This document shows, one piece after another, positions 48,061 through 56,493 of a stretch of 61,105 nucleotides of DNA. A program made the translations under genes and the position numbers. A model generated the notes under the pieces. That model was not told the DNA's origin, did not search any database, and saw nothing but the letters and a program-made list of their open reading frames with translations. Source of the DNA: an uncultured Candidatus Saccharibacteria bacterium (GTDB taxonomy: Bacteria > Patescibacteriota > UBA1384 > VFKW01); the NCBI GenBank assembly GCA_964482785.1, contig CAYZYR010000001.1, positions 1-61,105 on the forward strand, in the 5' to 3' direction. How positions within the stretch are numbered: position 1 is the first letter of the stretch; each line of letters begins with the position of its first letter.

Positions 48061-49075
48061 ATACGACTACAAACCCCTAAAAGACATCGAGAAAAAAGTT
48101 AATAATGTTATGGACAAGCTCCATATCCAACCTTATAATTCCGTCGCCGAAGCCATCCAAGGCAAACAAAACTTCTTCGTTACCGATACCGCCTATCACA
48201 ATTCCCGGGTAATGTTTAAAGCCCGGATCGCCGACCATCGCGTCCTCCGTCAAAAAGGCAAAAATTTTAAAAATGAAAGGCGTTTTTTGCGTTCTCTCCA
48301 AAAAGTCGATCCCGAAAACCCCATTACTACCTGTATGCCCAGATACCTAAAATCGCAGATGACTTCCTGTGAATGGCTCATGTGTGAATTCATCGACAAA
48401 AAAACTATCGGTTCCAGTAATATTTCCTATGACAGTCCCAACACCGAAGAAATCCTAAAAATCGTTAAACTTCTCCGCAACATTCAGATTTTTCCCATTC
48501 AAAAATTCTGTCGTACCCATCACTGGACCAAATCCTTTCAATGGAACGACTTCAATTTTTACCATGAACTCTTCCATAAAGTCCTTCGTACTAAGCGTCC
48601 TACCCTGCAAAAAATCCTCACCAAAGAGGAAATAGATTTAGCTGACGGAATTATTTTAGGCAACCAACCCCTTCTTGACGGCGCTTGTACTCTCTTAAGT
48701 CACGGCGACTTTCATCCCGCCAATATCATCATCAATGGCAACGCCATCGCTATCGACTGGGAAACATTGCACATCGACAATGCCGCCTGGGATCTCGCCA
48801 CTCTTTGGATGCGAATGGTCGGCCACCAAGAAGAAAGACGTCTCTTGTTACAGGAATTTGCCAAAAAGACCCAACAAAAAGAATATTTCCCCGATCTCTT
48901 CCGCTTAAATATTCTCTGTCGTATGTTTGAGGAAATCGCTATGATCTGGCACCCTCTTTCCTACCGAGACGATCTCCCTGACTGGAAACTAAAACTTTAT
49001 TCTAAAAATTTAGAAATATCAAAAGAAAATTTTAAAACAGCCATCAAAGGAGGTAGCTTCAATGACTACGATTAA
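48053..49075 (+). CDS. APH/choline-kinase-fold phosphotransferase (kinase K2, paralog of K1)
   Basis: VMFKARI, HGDFHPANII and IDWET. It is colinear with K1 from MxKYDYKxLKxI onward. The ATG overlaps the P1 stop (ATGCCTAA). Confidence 0.8.
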   Translation: MPKYDYKPLKDIEKKVNNVMDKLHIQPYNSVAEAIQGKQNFFVTDTAYHNSRVMFKARIADHRVLRQKGKNFKNERRFLRSLQKVDPENPITTCMPRYLKSQMTSCEWLMCEFIDKKTIGSSNISYDSPNTEEILKIVKLLRNIQIFPIQKFCRTHHWTKSFQWNDFNFYHELFHKVLRTKRPTLQKILTKEEIDLADGIILGNQPLLDGACTLLSHGDFHPANIIINGNAIAIDWETLHIDNAAWDLATLWMRMVGHQEERRLLLQEFAKKTQQKEYFPDLFRLNILCRMFEEIAMIWHPLSYRDDLPDWKLKLYSKNLEISKENFKTAIKGGSFNDYD

Positions 49076-49817
49076 TTTTAAAAGTGAACAACAATTTGTC
49101 GATCCTTTAAACGATGATTTAACAAGAGTCAAATATTCCACCAAATTCGTCCGCGGTACCATTTTTAATCAAGAATTCGCTCTGACTGAACGCGCCAAAG
49201 CCGAAAAACAAAAGACGATCGTTTTTGATTTTGACGGCACTCTTCGCGGTTGGGACAATAAAAATCAAGAAGGATTTCTTAGGCATTATCTAAAAAAAGT
49301 CTTAGCCGAACTCAAAAATAAAGGCTATCGTCTGGTCATTTGGTCTGCCTCAAACAAAGACTCGATTCAGCAAACTTTAAATAAATATCCCGACTTTGAA
49401 GAGTATTTTGATTTAATAATCTCCGCCGAGAATTATAGCTATCCTTTTGTCTCAATCGAGGATAGAGAATTCCTCCGCACCGACAATCCCGCTTATTTCA
49501 AAGTAATGCTTGAAGTCAAAGACAACCCCATCAAAGCCAGCAACGGCATGAGCATCTATCGTCCCCCTAAAAACATAAATTTTCTAAATTACAGCATAAT
49601 CGTTGAAGACGATCCCGTCGCCATGGAAGAAGCAAGAGATTTTGGTTTCAGTTGTATCAAGGTTTTTTCCTATACTTATGAAAACCCCGACGTTTCCGAT
49701 GTGCCCGAAGAGGTTGTTGAACAAGCCAATGAAGATTTCAAAAACAATATGGTCGACCGCATCGTCGCCATAGTCGAAAATAAACCACTCGTCGAACCCC
49801 AGATCTACATCGCCTAA
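49062..49817 (+). CDS. FCP1/SCP (NIF)-like HAD phosphatase (P2, paralog of P1)
   Basis: VFDFDGTLR, LVIWSASN and ..IIVEDDP.. It overlaps K2 by 14 nt. Confidence 0.75.
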   Translation: MTTINFKSEQQFVDPLNDDLTRVKYSTKFVRGTIFNQEFALTERAKAEKQKTIVFDFDGTLRGWDNKNQEGFLRHYLKKVLAELKNKGYRLVIWSASNKDSIQQTLNKYPDFEEYFDLIISAENYSYPFVSIEDREFLRTDNPAYFKVMLEVKDNPIKASNGMSIYRPPKNINFLNYSIIVEDDPVAMEEARDFGFSCIKVFSYTYENPDVSDVPEEVVEQANEDFKNNMVDRIVAIVENKPLVEPQIYIA

Positions 49818-50160
49818 TTATCTCACTCATTCTATCTGTTATTCTATATAAAATCTAAAATAATAACTTTTATAATCAGTCAACCACAGAAATTAAATCA
49901 TACTCCGGTCAAATGATTGGCCCAACCGCTAAGACAATTTTAACCTATAATTTATTCACAAAATGATTTAATTTTGAGTTGCATTATAACTTGCTAGGAG
50001 TAGAGATCATAGAAGGGTGGGGAGCGCGTACTAGCATCCCCATCCTCCTACATAAAAATAACCAAACATTTTTATTAAAATGAATTCCATGTGTCCTTGA
50101 ACCCAAAAAAACTGCAAGATCTCTTTTGTAAAAAATCTCTAATTCATTAATAAAAATATT

Positions 50161-50637
50161 TTACAAAAACCTGCTCATCGTCGTCGATGTAATCGCAATT
50201 GCCAGAGCATCCGCCGCATCGTCCGGCTTCGGAATCTCTTTCAGACCTAAAATCCCTTGAACCATCTTCTGGATTTGTCTCTTTTCCGCCCTCCCGTACC
50301 CTGTCAAGGCCTGTTTAACCTGTAAAGGTGTAAATTCTGTTATTTTAACACCCGCTTTTTTTGCCGCCAGAACTACCACCCCTCGTGCTTCTCCCACCGT
50401 CATTACCGTCGTCACATTTCTAGCAAAAAATAATTTTTCAACTGCCACCACATCCGGTTTGTATTTTTCAATAATTGAGGTAATACTATCGAAAATCAAA
50501 ACCAGTCTCTCAGTGATCTCAGTATGAGCCGGTGTACTAATACAACCATAATCAACCAGTTCCACTTTTCTTCCTTCATAATTAATAATCCCATAGCCTA
50601 ATCTACCTGTTCCCGGATCAATTCCTAAAATTCTCAC
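50161..50637 (-). CDS. ruvC: crossover junction endodeoxyribonuclease RuvC
   Basis: MRILGIDPGTGRLGYGII..., with acidic catalytic residues in the conserved positions. 158 aa. Confidence 0.92.
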   Translation of the reverse strand: MRILGIDPGTGRLGYGIINYEGRKVELVDYGCISTPAHTEITERLVLIFDSITSIIEKYKPDVVAVEKLFFARNVTTVMTVGEARGVVVLAAKKAGVKITEFTPLQVKQALTGYGRAEKRQIQKMVQGILGLKEIPKPDDAADALAIAITSTTMSRFL

Positions 50638-50685
50638 TCCACTCCTTGTTCTAATTATTGCCGTGCCCTAAAAGGACATGGCAAT

Positions 50686-51060
50686 CTATTTTTTAAAATA
50701 ATCAAATTCCGGCCTTCGATCTACTATCCAAAAAGCCTTTTTAATATCATCTATATAAAAAATATCTACAATTTTATATTTCCCCGAAGTCGTATTTTTT
50801 TCCAAGTTATGAGTTACTTCTAAAATATGCACCAATCCCCAATAAATCCACTTGCCCTCAACATTTTCAACTAAAAAAGTTCTTACTGGAGGAGTATGAA
50901 AAATCCTCACGCTAGGTTTATCACAGAACTCAAAAACACGATCATTAAAATCTTCTGCGCGAAAAGGATTTTTTTCATGTTCTAATAAAATTAGTTCCTT
51001 TGGAAACCCTTGCTCTCTAGTAATTTGTAAAGTGTCATTAATCTCTATGTAGCTTCCCAT
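50686..51060 (-). CDS. conserved hypothetical protein in the yebC-ruvC operon
   Basis: The ORF lies directly downstream of yebC. ATG is at 51060; the track start is GTG 51069. No recognised motif. Confidence 0.55.
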   Translation of the reverse strand: MGSYIEINDTLQITREQGFPKELILLEHEKNPFRAEDFNDRVFEFCDKPSVRIFHTPPVRTFLVENVEGKWIYWGLVHILEVTHNLEKNTTSGKYKIVDIFYIDDIKKAFWIVDRRPEFDYFKK

Positions 51061-51069
51061 ATCTCCCAC

Positions 51070-51819
51070 TTAAGCCAATTTCTCCAAAATCTCATCTGAA
51101 ATATCAAAATTACTTGAAACCGATGTCACATCATCAAGATCTTCCAAGTTGCTCATCAATTTTAATATTTGAGCGGCCGTTTTTTCGTCCCCAACTGCAA
51201 TCATAGTTGTTGGTTCCCAAGACAAATTTACCTCGCTCGCTTCATATCCTGCTTCAGTCATCGCTTGTCGCACTTTATCAGTCTCCTTCACTTCTGCATA
51301 CACAGTCATCTCATTGCCCGCTACTTCCACATCTTTCGCCCCCGCTTCTATCGCTGCTAGCTCCGCCTCTTCTCCATCTTTGCCTTCCAGTGGAAAATTC
51401 AAAACACCTCGTTTTTTAAATTGATAAGCAACCGAACCGCTCTCTGCCAATTTACCGCCGATTTTATTAAAAACCGCTTTAACTTCAGCCGACGTCCGGT
51501 TGCGATTATCTGTTGCCGCTTCAATCAGCATTCCCGTCCCGCCCGGTCCATAAGCCTCATACATAATATCTTCAATCCGCGCTGTTCCTCCCTCGCCCGT
51601 TCCGCGCTTGATCGCCCGCTCAATATTTTCTTTTGGCATGTTGCCTTGCTTTGCCTTGTCAACCGCAATTCTTAACATAAAATTCATCGACGGATCGCCG
51701 CCTCCTTGTCTGGCCGCAATCGAGATCGTATTTGCCAGTCTCGTAAAAACGCTCGAACGCTTCGCATCCGCCGCCCCTTTAGCCCTTTTTATCGTAGCCC
51801 ATTTACTATGTCCACTCAT
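51070..51819 (-). CDS. yebC: YebC/PmpR-family DNA-binding transcriptional regulator
   Basis: MSGHSKWATIKRAKGAADAKRSSVFTRL... is the canonical YebC N-terminus. Confidence 0.93.
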   Translation of the reverse strand: MSGHSKWATIKRAKGAADAKRSSVFTRLANTISIAARQGGGDPSMNFMLRIAVDKAKQGNMPKENIERAIKRGTGEGGTARIEDIMYEAYGPGGTGMLIEAATDNRNRTSAEVKAVFNKIGGKLAESGSVAYQFKKRGVLNFPLEGKDGEEAELAAIEAGAKDVEVAGNEMTVYAEVKETDKVRQAMTEAGYEASEVNLSWEPTTMIAVGDEKTAAQILKLMSNLEDLDDVTSVSSNFDISDEILEKLA

Positions 51820-51947
51820 AATTTCTCCTTCTCCGCTGTCATTCCGGACCCTATCCGGAATCTACTCTATCGTCAGGCCGTGTAATTATTCTTCGAGTCT
51901 GTCGAGAAGTTAACCTTGTTCTCGCTCATTATACCATATCATCTCCC

Positions 51948-52068
51948 CTGACAAAAGCCCTCAAATCTGTTAACATTTTAACCATCTTGGGCTTATGCCC
52001 CGACCTGGCGAGATTTCAAAACATACATACCGTTTGCTTAATAGAGCAATAACGGCGAGGTCATTAAC
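51948..52068 (+). promoter_or_regulatory. second copy of the family-A promoter and leader
   Basis: CTGACAAAA...TAACAT...CTTGGGCTTATGCCCCGACCTGGCGAG..AAAACATAC...GGCGAGGTCATTAACAT aligns with 3350-3477. Confidence 0.5.
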
Positions 52069-52623
52069 ATATCGCGAAGGGTTCAAATAGAAAAGTTAGG
52101 AAAACTCTCCTATGATAACAGTCTAGTATCAAACAGCGATGAGTCCATCATCTTTTCTCTCAAGCTGTTTGCACCGATCAGATTATTGGAAGAACTTGTC
52201 TTGTCTATTAAAGCTGAACTGAAACGAAGAAATTCTTAGGATGAGCGACATCATTGCGCATGCCCATATTGCCCTGAAAGTGAACTAGTCATCCTGCTAT
52301 CTGATTATGATGAGGTATTTAACTGGGAGAAAAGTGATCGTCATCCGTGTTATTCTGCGAGAACACACTTACTGATTTTACGGTGCTTACCGCCTGATCT
52401 TCGGTTAGCTTTGAAAAGCCAGAAAATGTACGACATACGTGTATGGTTCGAACCGGCTGAGTTTGAAGAAAATGATCTATTAAACGGCGGGTTCGATATT
52501 GAGCTATATCTCTGGTTGGATGAAAAAATTAGAAAACCCGCCCGCTTACTTCACTCCTTCGCCTGCAAGCTCAACAAATGGCTGGCTCAGGCCCGCCATC
52601 AGCTCGCTCAATCATCTTCCTAG
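52069..52623 (+). pseudogene. decayed paralog of 3478-4023 (start ATG->ATA, in-frame TAG)
   Basis: One frame reads ISRRVQIEKLGKLSYD... (compare MARIRKLGELDYPD), has TAG at 52237-52239, and then continues to ...FACKLNKWLAQARHQLAQSSS. Only the last 70 codons appear as an ORF in the track. Confidence 0.65.
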
Positions 52624-52640
52624 TCCGCATCTAACCTATA

Positions 52641-52671
52641 AAGCGGGAGTATCAAAGCCCCCGCTTTTTTC
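52641..52671 (+). terminator. rho-independent terminator
   Basis: AGCGGG-N12-CCCGCT followed by TTTTTTC. Confidence 0.65.
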
Positions 52672-52730
52672 TTACCCTTTTTCTTTTACCAATTTTCCAC
52701 ATTTTAAAACATACCTTTTAAAATGTATAA

Positions 52731-53579
52731 TTATTTCACTACTTTAAAACTCATTCCATCGCTTTCAAACCCAACTCTTCCGTCGTTGTCTGTTCTAAAT
52801 ACTTTTACCCCATTGTTAAAAAGTAAATCCAGCACCGATTTCTTCGGATGACCATATCTATTTTTCTTTCCAACCGAGATTACCGCTATATTAGGTCGTA
52901 TCATCTCCAGCCATTTCTCATTTAATCCGGTCGCGCTTCCATGATGCGGCACTTTTAATAATTGCGATGAATAAATATTTTGCAATCCCTCTATCTCTTC
53001 AACCTGCCTCTTTCCTAAATCGCCGGTCACTAGCATGCTCGTTTTACCATAACTCCATCTTGTCACAACATTCGCATTGTGCTGATCTTCGGGAGCCTTA
53101 CCCTGAAAATCGCCAATCGGATACAAAACCTCCGCTCGAACTTGTTCAAACTCTCTTGTGTATCCCGCTTTCACCACTGAGGTTCTAATCTTCTTGCTCT
53201 TGATGATCTTTAAAAGATTAATATAATCATCACTTGTATGAATAGCCCCTGAAAGCCAGATTTCATCAACTTCATATCTTTCTAAAACCGGCAGCAATCC
53301 CGCGATATGATCACTGTGATTATGAGAAATAACTACCAAATTTATCTCCCTATCGTAAGGCTTCATCACCTGGCCTAGCTCTGTAAGTACCCTATCATTC
53401 GGTCCCCCGTCTATCAACGCGTCCTTCCCATTTGGCATTTCAATATAAGTCGCATCTCCTTGCCCCACATTCAAAAACCAAACTCTAAACCCTGGTTCAC
53501 TGTGCGAAAAAACCAAAGACCAGATTACTCCCGCCATTATACATAACGCAATCAAAAGGCTTTTATTGAGCGACCGCAT
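52731..53579 (-). CDS. comEC: ComEC C-terminal metallo-beta-lactamase domain protein (separate ORF)
   Basis: An N-terminal TM helix, then FLNVGQGDATYIE...LIDGG...ISHNHSDHIAG (HxHxDH). It overlaps the upstream ORF by 17-56 nt in a different frame. Confidence 0.8.
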   Translation of the reverse strand: MRSLNKSLLIALCIMAGVIWSLVFSHSEPGFRVWFLNVGQGDATYIEMPNGKDALIDGGPNDRVLTELGQVMKPYDREINLVVISHNHSDHIAGLLPVLERYEVDEIWLSGAIHTSDDYINLLKIIKSKKIRTSVVKAGYTREFEQVRAEVLYPIGDFQGKAPEDQHNANVVTRWSYGKTSMLVTGDLGKRQVEEIEGLQNIYSSQLLKVPHHGSATGLNEKWLEMIRPNIAVISVGKKNRYGHPKKSVLDLLFNNGVKVFRTDNDGRVGFESDGMSFKVVK

Positions 53580-54729
53580 CTCTTTTCCCAACCTTTCTAT
53601 AAATAATCCAGCATACAATCCCTAAGTAAACAAAAATGACCCAACCATTATTTTTAATTTCCAAAGAAGCAAAAGGCAGTCCAGCCAAAATCTCTACCAT
53701 CTTTATTATAATTTTCATCACAAATACAGTCGCCAGACTCAAAACTATCCCCAAGGGCAAAAATATTATCCCTCCTATCAATCCAATAAAACCAACCAAC
53801 ATCGCCAAAGGAATAAATGGCAGCACTAAAGTATTGGAAATAGGGGAGACCAAAGAAACATCCGCAAAATGATACAAAATAATCGGTACCGTAAATATCT
53901 GCGCCGCCAAAGTCGTCGCCAATGCCTCCTTCAAGATTTTTGGCCACTTCCGCATAAATTTTAATTTATCCAGCCAACTCTCTACTTCTGTCGAGAAAAA
54001 TATCAATCCAACCGTCGCCGCAAAAGATAACTGAAAACCAATATCCCCCAATAATCCCGGCTCTACCAACACCATCAGCCACCCCGTAAAAACTAAAGCG
54101 TTGATCGAATACGCCTTTCTGCCTAACAATTTTCCAAAGACGACCAGTCCACCCATCAGTCCCGCTCTGACCACCGAAGCCGATCCTCCTGCGATCAGCA
54201 CAAAAAGCAATATCGCCAACAGTGTCAAATAATTTCTCATCCTAAAACCCAAAGACGAAAACAGCCTGTATATCAAATTAATTAATATTGTAATATTATA
54301 CCCGGAAACAGCCACTATGTGCATCAGCCCCGTCGTCTTAAACATACTTTTAAGCTCATATCCAAAATCCCTCGAACCCAAAAGCAAACCACACAAAAAC
54401 CCACTGTAAGGCTCCGGCAAAATTCTCCCAATAATAGACCCGGTATAGTCTCTCATTTGCCCCATTTTAAAAACCAAGTACTCAAATCCTGCTACTTGAA
54501 TAGCTACTTTCTCGCCTAAATATAAACTATAGCCAATCCCCGCGAACAAACCCACTCCGCCAACCGCCAAATATTTTTCAACTTTACCTCTAGCAAAATT
54601 AAAATAAATAGCAAGCAACAATAAAATTACTATCCCAATAGTCGAAAAATTTCCAGCCAAATAAGTTTTCAGTCCGCACCCCGCCCCAAAACAACAACAA
54701 AACACTAAAAATAACCTTGACTTGCTCAT
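53563..54729 (-). CDS. comEC: ComEC/Rec2 competence (DNA channel) domain protein
   Basis: A polytopic membrane protein with ..GLLLGSRD...TGLMHIVAVSGYNITIL.. (competence-domain signature). The N-terminal OB/DUF4131 region is very short. Confidence 0.8.
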   Translation of the reverse strand: MSKSRLFLVFCCCFGAGCGLKTYLAGNFSTIGIVILLLLAIYFNFARGKVEKYLAVGGVGLFAGIGYSLYLGEKVAIQVAGFEYLVFKMGQMRDYTGSIIGRILPEPYSGFLCGLLLGSRDFGYELKSMFKTTGLMHIVAVSGYNITILINLIYRLFSSLGFRMRNYLTLLAILLFVLIAGGSASVVRAGLMGGLVVFGKLLGRKAYSINALVFTGWLMVLVEPGLLGDIGFQLSFAATVGLIFFSTEVESWLDKLKFMRKWPKILKEALATTLAAQIFTVPIILYHFADVSLVSPISNTLVLPFIPLAMLVGFIGLIGGIIFLPLGIVLSLATVFVMKIIIKMVEILAGLPFASLEIKNNGWVIFVYLGIVCWIIYRKVGKRDAVAQ

Positions 54730-54775
54730 AAGAACATTCTAACATAAGAACAGAAAGCATGCCGAAAGGAGCAAA

Positions 54776-55351
54776 ATGACAAAAACACCAAAAGAAGAAA
54801 AGAAAACATCTGCTGAAGCTAAAAAGCTACAAAAAGAAAACGAAACTCTACACAAAGCTACCGAAAAGCAAGAGAAAGAAATCGAAGATCTCAAAAAACA
54901 TCTTGCTTATCTATCGGCCGATTTTGACAATTACTGCAAGCGAACAGAGAAAGAAAAAAACCAGGCTTCTTCCGTTGCCAATTCCGAATTAGTCATCAGT
55001 ATTTTCCCTATTTTAGACAATTTCCGTCGTGCCACAGAACACACTCCCAATATATCTTTAGACAACGAAACAGCTCCCCAGCTCTCTGAGGACGATTTAA
55101 GAAAAATCAATGCCTATTTTGAAGGAGTACGCCAGATCGAAAAGCAATTAGAAGAAGTGCTCATCAATACAGGTTTAACGCGGGTAGAAACGATCAACAA
55201 ACCTTTTGACCCAAGGACAATGGAGGCTATTGCCTATGAACCCCATCCCGAGCTAGGCGAAGATATTGTCATTGATGAACTCGAGGGTGGCTACTGCTTA
55301 AACGATCAAGTCATTAGACCAGCCAAAGTTCGCGTTTCATCAGGTCCATAG
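54776..55351 (+). CDS. grpE: nucleotide exchange factor GrpE
   Basis: A coiled-coil N-terminus, LSADFDNYCKRTEKE, and a beta-domain C-terminus. RBS is AAAGGAG. Confidence 0.9.
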   Translation: MTKTPKEEKKTSAEAKKLQKENETLHKATEKQEKEIEDLKKHLAYLSADFDNYCKRTEKEKNQASSVANSELVISIFPILDNFRRATEHTPNISLDNETAPQLSEDDLRKINAYFEGVRQIEKQLEEVLINTGLTRVETINKPFDPRTMEAIAYEPHPELGEDIVIDELEGGYCLNDQVIRPAKVRVSSGP

Positions 55352-55367
55352 TCTCCCTAAGGAGGGG

Positions 55368-56218
55368 ATGCATCTAAATAAATTTTTCAAATCTGATGTA
55401 AAAAACTTTCGGTATCTTTTGTTATCTTTCATTTTTTCATTATCCATTATCCCCGTTTTCGCCGCTGAAGAAAATAAACAATCGCCCTATTGTTTTACCG
55501 ATACCCATCTGGTCTGGCTTGAAACCAATCCCGAAAAGAAAATAATGATAAACGATCTCGAAACTGGTCTCAACACCCCTGCTCTCGTCTTTTCCAAAAA
55601 TGACCTTATCCCAACCGATTTATCCTGCAATGGCGATATCGTTTCCTGGCAAAGTATCTCCAGTCTAGACAACCAAAGCCATCAAGTCATTAAATATCTA
55701 AACCTTACCGACAAAACTGTAAAAAAGTTTGATCTCTCTTCTTCCGCCTACAAAAAACCTTTTATCAAACTACTTTCTCTCAAGAAATTAACCTTTCCTT
55801 GAAGAATGAAAACAATCGATCTAGGTTTTAACCCTTTTTCCATTCACGCCAAAAATAGGGTCGAATACTCCGGCCTCACAAACCCCAACCCCAAGCTAAC
55901 CGTAACCCTTTCTCCCAGTGTAAGTCAAAAAATAACCGCCGGCAAAAACGGCACATGGTCTTATCTTTTAGATTCCAGCACTCTCAAACTTATCCATGAA
56001 GAATATTCTCCTCCATCATCGTCGCCGACCCCTTCACCTGCTTACAATCAGATCCTCTTGACCTAGCTAAATTTACCTTAAGAAAATATCTCTCTATAAC
56101 CACTATTATCGAAGAAGATTATTACAATCCAATTAATCGCAACAGTATTTTTTTGATCAGTTTAGATATTTTCCTCGTCATCGCCTTAATCGTCGAAATG
56201 ACCCTACGTTATCGATAA
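55368..56218 (+). pseudogene. secreted/membrane protein gene disrupted by an in-frame TGA and a frameshift
   Basis: The track ORFs 55368-55802 and 55806-56066 share a frame and are separated only by TGA 55800-55802. After ~56040 a different frame continues ...SDPLDLAKFTLRKYLSITTIIEEDYYNPINRNSIFLISLDIFLVIALIVEMTLRYR, a C-terminal TM segment, to 56218. Confidence 0.5.
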
Positions 56219-56354
56219 GTTTTAGGTTTGCCCATCTTTAGTAAAAAGAAAAAACATACCAATTCTGACCAGTCTATCGCTCCTCAGGATACCTCCCAAA
56301 CCCTCAAAAACTAAAATAATTCCCCAGAACAGACACTCTTTGGCAGAAACCCTC

Positions 56355-56383
56355 TTGACAAAATGTAAAGTGACCTTTACATT
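56355..56383 (+). promoter_or_regulatory. dnaK promoter with a perfect palindromic operator
   Basis: TTGACA (56355-56360) is followed by AATGTAAAG-TGAC-CTTTACATT (56362-56383). This covers the spacer and the putative -10 TACATT. Confidence 0.5.
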
Positions 56384-56493
56384 ATTACTATAGATATTTA
56401 AATAACTAATTCCCACAATTTCACCAAACCCCATTAAGTTATAAAGTTGTTGGTAATAAATTGCCGGTTATTAGTTTAAAGAAAGGAGTTCCT

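Noticed and set aside
54730-56493. CIRCE or HAIR heat-shock operators upstream of grpE and dnaK.
   Set aside because: There is no match to TTAGCACTC-N9-GAGTGCTAA or CTTGAGT-N7-ACTCAAG. Only the unrelated palindrome at 56362-56383 was found.
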